Source: Eledone cirrhosa (lineage: Eukaryota). From it: a stretch of DNA of 64,000 nucleotides. The notes under the pieces are model-generated. The model searched no databases. It was not told the DNA's origin and saw only the letters and a program-made list of their open reading frames with translations. Each line of letters opens with the position of its first letter. The stretch's first letter is position 1. The stretch spans positions 83,514,001 through 83,578,000 of the forward strand of contig OZ024745.1 in NCBI GenBank assembly GCA_964016885.1, written 5' to 3'. The position numbers and the translations under genes are program-made. This document shows, piece after piece, positions 40,544 through 52,061 of this stretch.

Positions 40544-40550
<7 letters not shown>
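40180..40550. mobile_element. Non-coding (TA)n-flanked insert with ~65-bp imperfect inverted arms and a hammerhead
   Basis: 40283-40350 is the approximate reverse complement of 40484-40550; homologous to 11160-11400. Confidence 0.7.
40452..40512 (+). ncRNA. Minimal hammerhead motif
   Basis: Stem I TATTTTAT/ATAAAATA; CTGATGA; imperfect stem II; GAAA; palindromic TATATA; AUA triplet. Confidence 0.65.
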
Positions 40551-40600
<50 letters not shown>

Positions 40601-40603
<3 letters not shown>

Positions 40604-40721
40604 AACCAGTAAGACCCCGACAGCTGAGCTCAAGCCGTTTCGACGGCTAATTCTGGACTGCTATTTTAGAATTAGCCGTCGAAACGGCTTGAGCTCAGCT
40701 GTCGGGGTCTTACTGGTTCCT
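40601..40721. repeat. Perfect 54-bp inverted repeat with 13-nt loop, containing the 3' half of a hammerhead
   Basis: 40601-40654 is the exact reverse complement of 40668-40721; the right arm reads ..TAGCCGTC-GAAA-CGGCT tgagctc AGCTG-TC-GGGGTC. Confidence 0.9.
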
Positions 40722-40856
40722 ATTACCCACTCTACTACCTCAAGTATTGAGTACTTTGGTGCGTTATGGTCCACCTGGTTCCTTACCACATTTCCTTCGT
40801 TATATATATATATAGATAGATTACAATAATCAAAGTTCAGTTTAAATCATTTATTT

Positions 40857-40901
40857 GCTTACAATTGTTTCCTCCAAACCGAGGTTTGGAGTCTTCGGAG
40901 C
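40857..40901 (-). ncRNA. Minimal hammerhead motif (CCGAAGA core variant)
   Basis: GCT-CCGAAGA-CTCCAAACC tc GGTTTGGAG-GAAA-CAATTG-TA-AGC; 9-bp stem II, palindromic stem III, GUA triplet. Confidence 0.72.
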
Positions 40902-41286
40902 GACTATTTAGTGATCTATAACATACTTGACCTCCTTTTCAACACAAGAGACATATAAAAACATATGCACATATTGATCCACAGTGGGATGGCATCCATC
41001 AAAATGATATAGCATGGCAATTTACATATAAAGGTTAAAGGATAAAAATAAAAATAAAAATAAAAATAAAAATAAAAATAAAAATAAAAATAAAAATAAA
41101 AATAAAAATAAAAATAAAAATGAAAATAAAATTAAAAATGAAGCATTGGCAGTTTATGAAGATAAGGCAAGAGGAAAGTTTAGAGTAGTCAGTGTATGAA
41201 ACAATAAAAAATATATAACCATAAAAGGTTTTATTACATACATAACCATAAATAGTATCCTTAATACTATATATATATATGTGTGT

Positions 41287-41387
<101 letters not shown>

Positions 41388-41873
41388 TGTGTGTGTAGAG
41401 TCTACACATTTCAAGACGTTGCTTTATTAAAACAAAAAGGAAAGAGAGAAAAAAGATTAAGTAGTGTAAGATATTAGTCCATTAGTAAAAATAAATATTT
41501 ATTACATTTATACATATTTGATAATTAAAGTGACCAAAATAGGTGATTGATTTTTATGTTATCCAGACGAGGAAATGTCGGCTTTAGTTGGATCTCGAAT
41601 TGAGGGAAAATTACGGCAGTACTGTATCAAAGTTTCACACGACAAAAATGGAATATGTGGAATGAATGGAGAAAAGCCAAAACCTTGCATATAGGTGCTA
41701 TTGCAAAGTGGCTTAGAATAAAAGAGAAAGAAACTTATGTATGTGTGACATGTTTCAAAAGTATCTTGATTTACATATTAAGTTAATCGAGTCTTATAAC
41801 AATTAGATATATTTTAAAGCAAATTAAACATTTGTAACTTCAATAATTTGACTATATTTTCTAAATTCTTTAG

Positions 41874-41965
41874 GACATCCCTCTGCTCAATCTGGCAGTG
41901 ACCGGTCTTCCAGGTTTGGTGTAAATGAAGAAGTGACATATATGTTAATTTGTTGGTGTACATAG
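41874..41965 (+). other. Candidate 5'-UTR exon of the GPCR gene
   Basis: Acceptor TTTTCTAAATTCTTTAG| and consensus donor AG|GTGAGT; 92 nt, ~690 bp upstream of the coding-exon acceptor. Confidence 0.5.
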
Positions 41966-42399
41966 GTGAGTATGCCATATTTTGAAAGTTCGTGTGCTTT
42001 GAACATCCGATATTAATCTCTTCTAAACTAATTTATATTAAATTATTTACTATGCAGACACTACTTGAAACATACTTTACTGCTTTCATAAGACGTTATT
42101 TAGAATTACACTAATTAATTTCGTAAAGGTATTATATCGTTCGCCAACACTGTTTTATTACTCTTGTTCTCCTTTACCTTTTCCAACAGACTGGTTGGGG
42201 TCATTTTGGGACACCGCCATGTTCTAAAGGGTAAATACCTTTTTTGGTCACGAATCATCATGGGTTTTGCACCTAAAGATTTTCCGCTCAGAGGCACAAG
42301 CTCGGGTAAGGTGTTTGGTAGAAGACCAGAAGTCACCTATGCATACCAGTATCGCTTCTCCATACCACTGTCGTTGTACAAATGAAAGAGAAAGGCCCA

Positions 42400-42547
42400 T
42401 ACATCTAGGCACCAATTATGCCGCAACTCATTTCTAGAGCTGAGTGAACTGAAGCAATGTACAAATAAAGTGCCTTGCTCAAGGACATCACCCGGTACTT
42501 GAATCAAACTCACAAACTTAGAATTGCGAGCTCAATGTTTTAAACAC
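42400..42547 (-). mobile_element. Degenerate CORE-type tRNA SINE
   Basis: Plus strand AAAGTGCCTTGCTCAAGGACA..TTGAATCAAACTCAC is the reverse complement of a B-box plus CORE-like TGTCCTTGAGCAAGGCACTT. Confidence 0.55.
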
Positions 42548-42693
42548 GTACATTTACTAACAAGGTTATACTGTATATTAACATTTTATTGTATTTTTTG
42601 GTAGACCTGTCCATATTCATTTGCTTGTATTCCGATTCTTTTTATTTTAGGTAGAACGGGAACAAACCACCAGATTCCACACAGTGTTTCACA

Positions 42694-43809
42694 ATGGCTT
42701 ACTCAAACAACACTAACAATGTACAGTTTATGGACCCGCCAGATCCACTAACAGAAGCTTTAGAACTTTATGGAACACCGGCAGTTATAGCCTTTGGCAT
42801 TTTTGGTAATATTTGGGCATTCTTAACTTTTTATTACACTAGTATTAAACGAATCCCGGCTTCACATTCTCTGATGGCGTTAACTGTCGTTGATAATGGT
42901 GTCCTCATCACTATATTATTGATGACATGGTTTCCGAGACAGAAAATTGACATATATAATAAATACGGATGGTGCCAAATAATAGTTCTCTGTAACTTCG
43001 TTAGTATATTCCTTTCGCCGTGGTATTTGGTCTGCGTACTAATAGAACGGTATCTTGATTTGGTGCATCCATCTTCTCAGTGGCGAATAAAAACAACTTT
43101 CCGTGCGCGTCTAATTTCGATTGGAATAGCAATTTTAGGACTTGCCTTTTATCTACACATAGCATGGATATTTGGCGTGGATGAAAAAACAAACATGTGC
43201 GTTTTGTGGCCAAGCAGTATGAATTATTATCATAAACTACACATTATAGACACTATCATTGTTGTTTTACTGCCAACTGTTTGTTTTGTTGTTCTTTTGT
43301 TTCGACTTCTCCTGTACATGTGGTACGATTGCCAAACGCGACGCTCTCTCAGGTGTCTCCAGCCGAATTTACGACAAAGCGCCAATACAACCACGATTGT
43401 AACAAATTATAAACCAAATACAGTAATTAATACTCCAACAAATGACAGTATTTGCCCCACTGACTCGGGCTTTGATTTAACAACAATGGTAACAACTATA
43501 ACATTTGCTACAATTCTGCTGACTTTATTAAATAATGCCAGCAGGGTCGCAATGACATTCGGCAATAGACGGTTTACGAAAATTATTCCGTACTTTAGCA
43601 TTGTTAATAATGTAAATTACGCATGTCGTTTCTACATATATTTTATAGTTTCCCCAACTTTCCGTCACCATCTTCGGGAATTACTACACAAGACATGCAA
43701 ATGTATCATTGTCGACTTCTGTCGTCCGCGAACCAGCGCACAAGATATTTCAGCTCGAAATATTTCCAACAATGAAATGCAAGCAATTCCAAATGACACA
43801 CAAAATTAA
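42694..43809 (+). CDS. Class A (rhodopsin-like) 7TM GPCR, orphan peptide-receptor-like, single coding exon, 371 aa
   Basis: Seven hydrophobic segments; N-terminal NNT sequon; TM1 GIFGN; TM2 LTVVD; C3.25 (GWCQ); ERY; ECL2 Cys; TM5 Pro; TM7 NYACRFYIY; helix 8 SPTFR. Acceptor TTCTTTTTATTTTAG| at 42650; AATAAA signals downstream (43902, 44472, 44642). Confidence 0.92.
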   Translation: MAYSNNTNNVQFMDPPDPLTEALELYGTPAVIAFGIFGNIWAFLTFYYTSIKRIPASHSLMALTVVDNGVLITILLMTWFPRQKIDIYNKYGWCQIIVLCNFVSIFLSPWYLVCVLIERYLDLVHPSSQWRIKTTFRARLISIGIAILGLAFYLHIAWIFGVDEKTNMCVLWPSSMNYYHKLHIIDTIIVVLLPTVCFVVLLFRLLLYMWYDCQTRRSLRCLQPNLRQSANTTTIVTNYKPNTVINTPTNDSICPTDSGFDLTTMVTTITFATILLTLLNNASRVAMTFGNRRFTKIIPYFSIVNNVNYACRFYIYFIVSPTFRHHLRELLHKTCKCIIVDFCRPRTSAQDISARNISNNEMQAIPNDTQN

Positions 43810-44994
43810 GGTTGTATTAGTATTGATTTAGCTTTTGTTGAAAACGGCAGTGCATAGACAAAATCGTTCTCCTTGTTTTTATGTGTGTGGCTTTTAAATA
43901 CAATAAACGTAATATTTATTCTTAAGCTACGTTTTTTTAAATTTATTCAAGTAAGCGAATCTTGAATTTTTATTCTGAAAAAGTGAACTGAGTTGTTTTT
44001 TTTTGTGATATATATTAGTTCTATACTATTATCTTTTTGTTCTCCATACTCAGACATTTCAGTTTAATTTTTCAAACAAGTATATTTTAAATATACAAAG
44101 CAGGGTTTAAACCTGACCTTCCACAACCTACATTGTACAATATTTTCATTGCACTTGATTTTTTAAAACTATTTTTACGTCTTTAAATATAGCATTTCAA
44201 ATTTGTTGGGGAAACATAAGTTATGGTTTAATGTTGTTTTCTCCCTGTAAATCAAATTTAAGTTTTGTCAGTTCATTAATATGCTATGAATGTAGTACAC
44301 GTGGAGCAAGTTACGAGTTATGACTTAATTGAATTGACTTATTAAATATAGCACAAATTGATATCAAACAAAGTAAGTCAAAGTCATGCTTCTGCAACTA
44401 AATATGTATATATGATGTCATGAAATATTTCTAGACGATGAATTTAAAATTCTCTATAGCTTTTATCAAATAATAAAAGAAGAGATTTTGTCCAAACAGT
44501 TCATTCTGTCGCGAAAGGCCATTTTGGTAATGCTTTTTTAATATATAAAATCTGTAAACATTCTTGAAACATTTCTATGAAACATGTCCATATATCCAGG
44601 TTAAGTCGTTTTCCTAAGATATCTCAAAACAAGTGTTTGTAAATAAATATTATTGAGGTATGATGATTCTGTAAAATTGTATTTCTTCGTCTTTTCAATA
44701 AATTTAGTATCCATTTAACATTCGACTTCATGTGATTCATTCTTTGTATATTTTTTAAATCCAGGTACCCTGTACATTTCCTATAAATATAAAATAGTTG
44801 TGCATTTTATTTACATTTCAAACATTGTACAGTACTGTATAAAACTATATGATCTTTGAAAACGGTTTTCTTAATGTTTCTGCTAGAACTGTAAATGTAC
44901 ACTTGAAGCATTGCGTAAAGCTAAAGTGATAGAAAAAAAATAGTAGTGTTGATGTCGAATTGGATAACACGGCAGTGTTCCTTGTTACGTATGC

Positions 44995-45160
44995 CATTGA
45001 ACAAAAATCTCTAATTTGGGGTATAATCGTATCTAAAATCATTTTACTTAGCCTACCTAAATCAGATTTAGTGGGGTTAACGGTCCGAATAGATGGATTG
45101 TTATTGAAATTTGGTTTATGATCCTTCAAAGTAAAATGAGGTCTGGATATTAAACTGAAA
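44995..45160 (-). mobile_element. PLE RT N-terminal fragment, same type as 930-2812
   Basis: [32 protein letters not shown] versus KDHKNNFDNKPSVRLINSTKSDIGSVSKKILD. Confidence 0.85.
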
Positions 45161-45862
45161 GTGATTTTTAAACCAGCGTCGTTAATGTCCGATCGGCTTT
45201 CGAGTAATATTTGGTCACATCATTACGTAACGGTTGGTGTGCGTATATAAGCAAGTATAGGCATGCGCATGTATACATTTGTGCGCACACATGCAAACGC
45301 ACGTATATGTACATGTGTGCATGCACATATGTACATGCCCATTTATGTGTACGCGTGAGTATAATTTTCATACACTATATCTTCGTTTGCGCATGCATCC
45401 ACACAAGTTAGTGCATACTTATGTATGAGCTTACATTCGAAAACATTACTATTAATGTTCTCATTATTATTATTACTTTTACTATTATTAATACCTTCCG
45501 TATTTTTATGTTTAATAATTTTACTATTATTAACATCAGTTTCCATATATGGAAGCTGAAAATTATTCGGCTATTCTAAAAAGAACATTAGTTTCCTGAT
45601 TTTGTTCATAGCAGGAATATGTTGTTTTTTTTTTCATAGCAAGAATTTGTTCTTCTGTCTTCACATAATGACCAAATAATCCTTGCATACATTTCTCCCA
45701 TCTCAAGAGAACATCTTTACGCACTACTGCAATATCTTCCTGTTTTCTAAAGGTAATATTTGGTCGTAACGTTTTAGAAATATTTAGTTCTGCGTATACT
45801 GATTGACTTTTGTCAGTTTCATCCGCTTAGGGTGAGAGCAGAAATTTGTTGCGAAAACCTTT

Positions 45863-46141
45863 AATTAACCGATACCAGGATTTAAGGTTGGAATTATAAA
45901 AGGATTTGGGACTGTCATTAGATCAAGGTCGTCCCGATTGCCATAGGAGCACTAGGTACTATCTCGAAGAGTTTTCAAGGAGGGTTAAAGAATATTAGTC
46001 AATTCCCCTTTTTTGGAACACTTGCTGGGAACGGCAAGAACCCTGTGATACGTCTGAATATCTGAGGCTGCAAGTAGCGGCTTGATGTTCATTTGAACAA
46101 TCTTTCCAGTTAAGTAACATCAATGACTTAAACTCCAAGAA

Positions 46142-46142
<1 letters not shown>
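45863..46142 (+). mobile_element. R4/Dong-like family B, old 3'-end remnant
   Basis: Homologous to 60816-61108 (VVPIxIGALG region plus 3' UTR TAACATCAATGACT); ends in (TAA)n. Confidence 0.85.
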
Positions 46143-46192
<50 letters not shown>

Positions 46193-46194
<2 letters not shown>

Positions 46195-49100
46195 TTTCAT
46201 TTATTAGCCACAAGGGCCGACATGTAGGGGACAATACAATCACAGGGACAGTGGGGGTTTACAATAAGGTCGAGTAAAAGTGCACAATGGCAAGACTAAT
46301 TTAACAATAAAAATATAAAAATATAAAATAAACTATGCATAAATATAACAAAATAAATTCCCCGATAGGGGATGGACGACCCTAGGGTGACTCGGGTACC
46401 CCACCAATCCTGAACCACCCTGCTCTTCTAGGGCACCCAGGGAGAGCACCCCTCTCCTCAAGTTAGCTAGCCTATAGGCACATGGTCAGGGTAGGCCCAT
46501 TCACACGAGCCATTCTAGCCACATTCACCCACCTTTTAGCAAATGTACTGGGGGCAGCACTTCTCTCTCCACCCTCACCCTCCTTTCCAGGTGAAACTTG
46601 AAGAAGTTGATGAGGGATTGGCCGAAGAGAAAAGTGTCTGTCTTCAGTCCTTTTAACCTGGTCCACCATATAACCTCTTTCGCAACTGCCACCAGACAGA
46701 GGAACATTTCCTGCTCTTCCTGACCTAAAGAAGGCGGTGGGTCGATCTTCACTATAGCCGGATTCGTTCCACACGCAACAGTAGCTGTCAGTAATGCACG
46801 GACATTGGACAAGTGCGTGCAGAACGGTTTCGTCGTTCTGTGCGCATCTTGAGCAGGTCCGTCTGACAGCACTTCCGTGCCTGTAGAGTTTATCCCGAAC
46901 CGGCAGTGCCCCCCGGTAGCACTGCCAAGCGAGGGATTTCTGGAAATTGTCCATCGTCCCCGGCTCAAAAGTCCTCCGATACAGACTGCTCAGTTCGACT
47001 TCGTCGAGGCCCAAAGCTTCTCCGAGTGCATCATCGCACTTGCCCACCCCTAATCCTCTATAGAACCTGAGAGTGGAAGTTCCACTGATCGCATTGCTCG
47101 CTTGGTAGAGGGCAGTGAGTGCCTGGCAACATTCCAGGTACCAGTCACCCAGTCTCGGTCTCTTCTTGACCCAGGACTGCAGCTCAGTCAAAGAAATGAG
47201 CTGCGGAAAGGCCCGTCTGATAAACGACGACCACACCTGTTCACCGTTGAGGCAGAATATCTGGAGATGTCGCAGCCTCAACGCATGTCTGCACATCATT
47301 AGCCACGGCATGCCCAGCCTTCCGCGTAGAGGGTGCTGGCAGCAGATGGACCGCCTCACCAACGGAACTTGTCCTCTCCACAAGAATTTGAAGAGGAGCC
47401 GTTCCAGCTTGACGAGGCGCGGACGGGGCAAGGCACGACGGTCAGGCGGTAGTAGATGACGGACGCGATGTACGCATTCGCCACCTCCGCGCGACCTTTC
47501 AGTGATAGCTTCCTCCCAGCCCATTTTTGGCTGAGACTGGCTACTCTGCTCGTTACCTCGTCCCAATTCTTTTCCACCTGGAAAACTCCGAGCAACTTTA
47601 CCGGTCCGTCCGTCTAGCTCCCCACGACGCTGTTGGAAGGCATGGGCTTACCTCTCCAGGTTCCGAGCTGCAAGCTCACCGACTTTTCCGGGTTAAGTTT
47701 GGCTCCTGTCAACCTTTCATATTCCTTCAATAAGGTGCCGTCCACCTCGATTTCTGAGGTGTTCGACACCATCACGGTGATGTCGTCCGCATAAGCCGAC
47801 ACCGCCTTTCCACGTCCCGGTTCGAACGGGATGCCCTGCAACAGCTCCAGCTTCCGCAGTAAAGGCTCGAGAGTCAATGCGTACAGAAGGGAAGAGAGAG
47901 GGTACCCTTGACGGACCGATCGGGAGACCCGAAATGGTTCCGAGAGGTGGCCATTAACCTTGACTACCGAGCGTGTGCCGCTGTGCATTGCAGCGATCCA
48001 GCTTCTAAAGACAGCGCCGAAGCCAGCTGCTTTGAGGACAAACTCCAGATACCGATGGTCGACCCTATCGAATGCTTTCGATTGATCAGTGCCCCACCGA
48101 AGCCAGGTTTACACCCTACCCTCTCTATGATGTATCGCATGAGGTGGAGATTGTCGTGTATGGACCTGGCTGGGATTGCTCAAGTTTGCGCCTCCCCAAC
48201 CAAATCCTCGACGACAAGTGCCAATCTCTTTGCTAACACCTTGGCCAAAATCTTAAACTCTGTGTTGAGCAGAGTTATGGGTCTGAAGTTGTCTAATCTA
48301 TCCCTCTTGTTCTCGTCTTTCCTTATCAGCGTCACCACTACACTGCTCACACAACTGGGAATACTCCCATTCTGTTGCCAGTTGCAGTAAAGAGCTTCGA
48401 GGAGTTCGGAGAACAAGTCTGGCATATTTACGTAAAGCTCGTAGGGCAGGGATCCAAACCGGGTGACTTGCGCCTTATGCAGCCGACAAGGGCGTCCTGA
48501 ATTTCGGCTGAAGTAATCGGCCTTTCGCAGCGCCCAGCGTCAACCGTCGAGATGCGCGGCAAGCCGTCAAGATAGGGACTGAAATCCGCTACTCTCTCTG
48601 ACTCGCCACTCTCCTCGAACAACCGAGCAAAGTGCTGGCGAAAGGCCTCACACATCCGCTTGGAATCGCTTATCTCGTGTCCGTCTCGGTCCGCCAAATA
48701 CCGAATTGTGGTTTTATTACCACGCTGCGCCTCCGCCACGCGGGTCCATCGAACAGCTTTGATTCCCTCGTTTCTCAGCGCACGCGCCTTAGCTCTGACA
48801 ATGCAACCTTCGTGTTTTGCATTGAAGAAATGGTCTAATGCCATTCTCGCTGCTAGCACGTCAGTTGCAATGCCACTACAAATAGCCTCGTCTAACTTAT
48901 CTACCAGCTCCCCCTCCTTTCTATTTTTCTCTAACGCTAGTTCTTTGCTGAACTCTATCGAAGTTACTCTAATCTCTCTTTTGAGAGCCCCCCACCATCT
49001 ATTGTTGATGATTCCCCCCTGTCAACTTTTGCTTAACTAAATTGTTGACTCGGTTCCTGTAAGCCTTACGTGCCGGAAATGACATGTTCAGCTTCCAGTA

Positions 49101-52020
49101 ACTCGGTCCTAACCTACGCGTTTTATCTAGGTCGACCGTACAGATCACAAATTTGCGATCTGAATAGGCGACCATTTTAAAAAGTGGGCAGCCCACACTA
49201 TTTCTATCTATTTTCCTAATGAAGATCCTGTCTATATACGATCTAGATGACCCCATTCGGTTGGTCATTGTCCACATTGGCACATTGGGAATATCTAGTC
49301 GATACCTGTCAGACAGTTGGAACTGGCTGGGTACGTGCTTGGGCTTTTACACCCCCCGCTCTTATCGGCTACTCCCACATAATCCCAGCGTGCGTCTAAG
49401 ATGCCATTCCAGTACCCCGCTAATAGTAAAGGGCAAGACGTACCCAGAAAGGTATCCAGGCGCCTAAAGAAGTCCGGTCGTCCGGCGCCACTAGGGGCGT
49501 AGACGGCCAGCCGTCTAACCGCGCCACCTTCTCTACTGCTCACATCCAAGACCACCAACTTACCATCCGGGTCCCGGAAGATCGACCTTACCTCGAGATC
49601 CAGTCCTATCCTAAACAGCACTGCCACCCCACCCCCCATTCCCGGTATGCTAACAGATGCGAAAATCTGATAGCCGTCGAAAATGGGGGCTAGTGCGCGC
49701 GTGTCGGAAATTCTGGTCTCACTGACGGCAATCACATCCATTTCCAGCGACCTGCGGTCGTTGAGTAGGCGACCCCAGGCCGCGAACATTTAAACTTCCT
49801 ACTCTTAATATGGCCATATTGGTAAGCTAAGAGAGAGAGGGAAGGTTTACTTACCTCCCGGGGTCTTGTGAAGGTTGGGTTGTTCGACCTCCATGGTTGG
49901 TGGGGTTTCTTTTGGGAACCCCTTTAAAAGTCTTGATGTGGGTTTCACATTGGGGGTTCCCACGTCCTGAGGAAAGCTCTCTCGAATTTCTTTGAAGGAA
50001 TTGAGTGACATTCGGACCAGAAGCAAATCTTCTGGCATGCAAAATGTGCTCATTTCAAAAATCTCCCCGTCTGTTAGAATGTCCTCGCTTCGTGCTAAGA
50101 GGGCCATCAGTTTATCGTTAGCCCTTCTGACAAGCACGAAGTTTTTAACATTTTGTTGGTGTGGTTTTATTTGGTTTCATTTTGGTGACTGTGGTGGTGA
50201 TGGTTTTGGTGGTGTTGTTTCGGGTATGTCTGTGTTTGTTGTAGGTGTGGTGTCTGCAATTTCGGGTATTTGTGTGTTTATTTGTACTTGTGTTTGTTCA
50301 GGTTGTTTGCGTTTCGGGGATTGTGGAGGTGGTGTCGATGTTGCTGTTGGTGATGATGTTATTGGGGAAGTGTTTGCGTTAGTGGTATCTCTATTTTTTG
50401 TTGTGTATGTTTTTGTGATTTGTTGGGGCTTTTTTTTTTTGTGAGTTTTCTCTGTTTTTTTGCACTTTTGGGTTTTCCTTCATCTTCGCTGCTGGAAGAC
50501 AAAGGGTCTGTGGCTGTGAGTATCTCTGTGTGTGTGTGTGCGTTTATTGTTTTGTCTATGTGTATAATGGAGGGGGGTAGGGGGAGTGGGAGAGCTTTCC
50601 TCGTTTTCCCTTTGGTTTGGTTTTGGTGTTGGTGGTGATCCGGCTGTTTTTGATATTGGTGTCCGTGTTTTTGTTGTTGTTGTTTTTGGTGGTGGTGGTG
50701 GTGCAGCTTTCCGTGCTGACACAGGCGTTGGCAACAAAGGAGGTTTGCGACCCCCTGCATTTTTGCGCTGAGGGCAGAAGGCTTGCAGATGCGTTGCTTC
50801 CCCGCAGATGAAGCAGCGTCAATGATTAGTTGGATTGTTGTCCCGTCCTGCAGGCGGGCAAAATCCGGGATGTTGTTCATGTCCTCCGGTTTCATTTGGA
50901 GAAGAATCTCCAAATCCATTCCGGACCAGTCCTCTCTCTCTGTTCTTTTGATATCCAGGAGGGTAGTGTCTGTCCCCTCCTCGATTACGAATCCCAGCAG
51001 CCACCATATGTTCATGATGGGAATGCGTACCTTTACTGTCCTTTTACCCATGTAGGACGGATGCATGATAATGCGTTCCGTTCTGCAGGGGGTCACCGAG
51101 TGCTTAATAGCGAGGGCCTCGGTTTTGAACAGTACCGAGATGTTACCGAACTGTTTGCCTCTTGCTTTGTACTCTATGTTACTTCCGATGTACTCCAAAG
51201 CAGCCTCGACCTCTGCTTGGCTGGCAAGTTCCACTTTTCGTGTCTGCACCGAAATGCATCGAAATAACACCGTCCTCCTTTGCATGGCCGCTATTGCCTC
51301 GTCCGGGATGGTCAGGTTTGCCCAGGACTTCTCCCGTTTAATTAGCCTCCATGCTTGTGCCAACTGTTCTTCTTTATCGCTAATATCAATATCAATATCA
51401 ATATCAATAAGCGCTTTGTTTTTGCTGTTGCTGCAGCAAATGTGGTGTTTCTGATGCTCTTATTGTTGATGTTGTAATTCTTGCTGTTGTTATTGGTGTT
51501 GTTGTTGTTGTTTTGTTTGTTGATGCTGTTGTAACCGCCATCCGTGTTTACGTTGAAGCTGTCGGTGTTATTGTCGTTATTGCTCTGAGTTGTTGTTGTT
51601 GTGGTGGTGGTGGTGGCTATGGTCGTGATGTCGTTTGCAGATGATACTGCTGGTATCACAAAAGGTTGTGATGGAAGCTTTTTAGTTTTGCCTTCACATT
51701 CAATAGAGTGGATGAGAGGCATGACTGTAGCCGTCGTAGTCGTGGTGAAATCTACAGTGGGTGCCTTTAAACTTTTGACCTGAAAGTTGTTTACCGTTTC
51801 AAGGTCGAACATTTCCATAATTCTTTTTGGTGGGGAAGCGATTTTTTTCGAAGTTTTTAAAAAATAAATCTGAATATTGAGAGGTATCCCTCTCTTAAAA
51901 TCAAGATGTGTACCTTAAGTTTCGTTAACGACGAGAAAATACAAAGAATGACACTTTAAAACAGCTTAAAGTTACGAACCTTTTCCCACGCAGATTTGTA
52001 GTCTTCACACATGTGCGGCC
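46193..52020 (-). mobile_element. Full-length-size decayed L1/Tx1-type LINE (ORF1 + APE-RT ORF2) in (TAA)n
   Basis: ORF1 pieces 51818-49847 with CCHC knuckle CFICGEATHLQAFC (~50775-50818). ORF2 from ATG at 49817: MAILRVGSLNVRGL, AVSETR, AVYAPS, SYIDRIF, SDRKFV, YWKLN, KSPGLD, NFRPITLLN, VRQGYPLS, YADD, C-terminal CSRC..ETVLHALVQC. AATAAA plus (ATT)n 3' tail; many frameshifts. Confidence 0.92.
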
Positions 52021-52058
<38 letters not shown>

Positions 52059-52061
52059 AAT

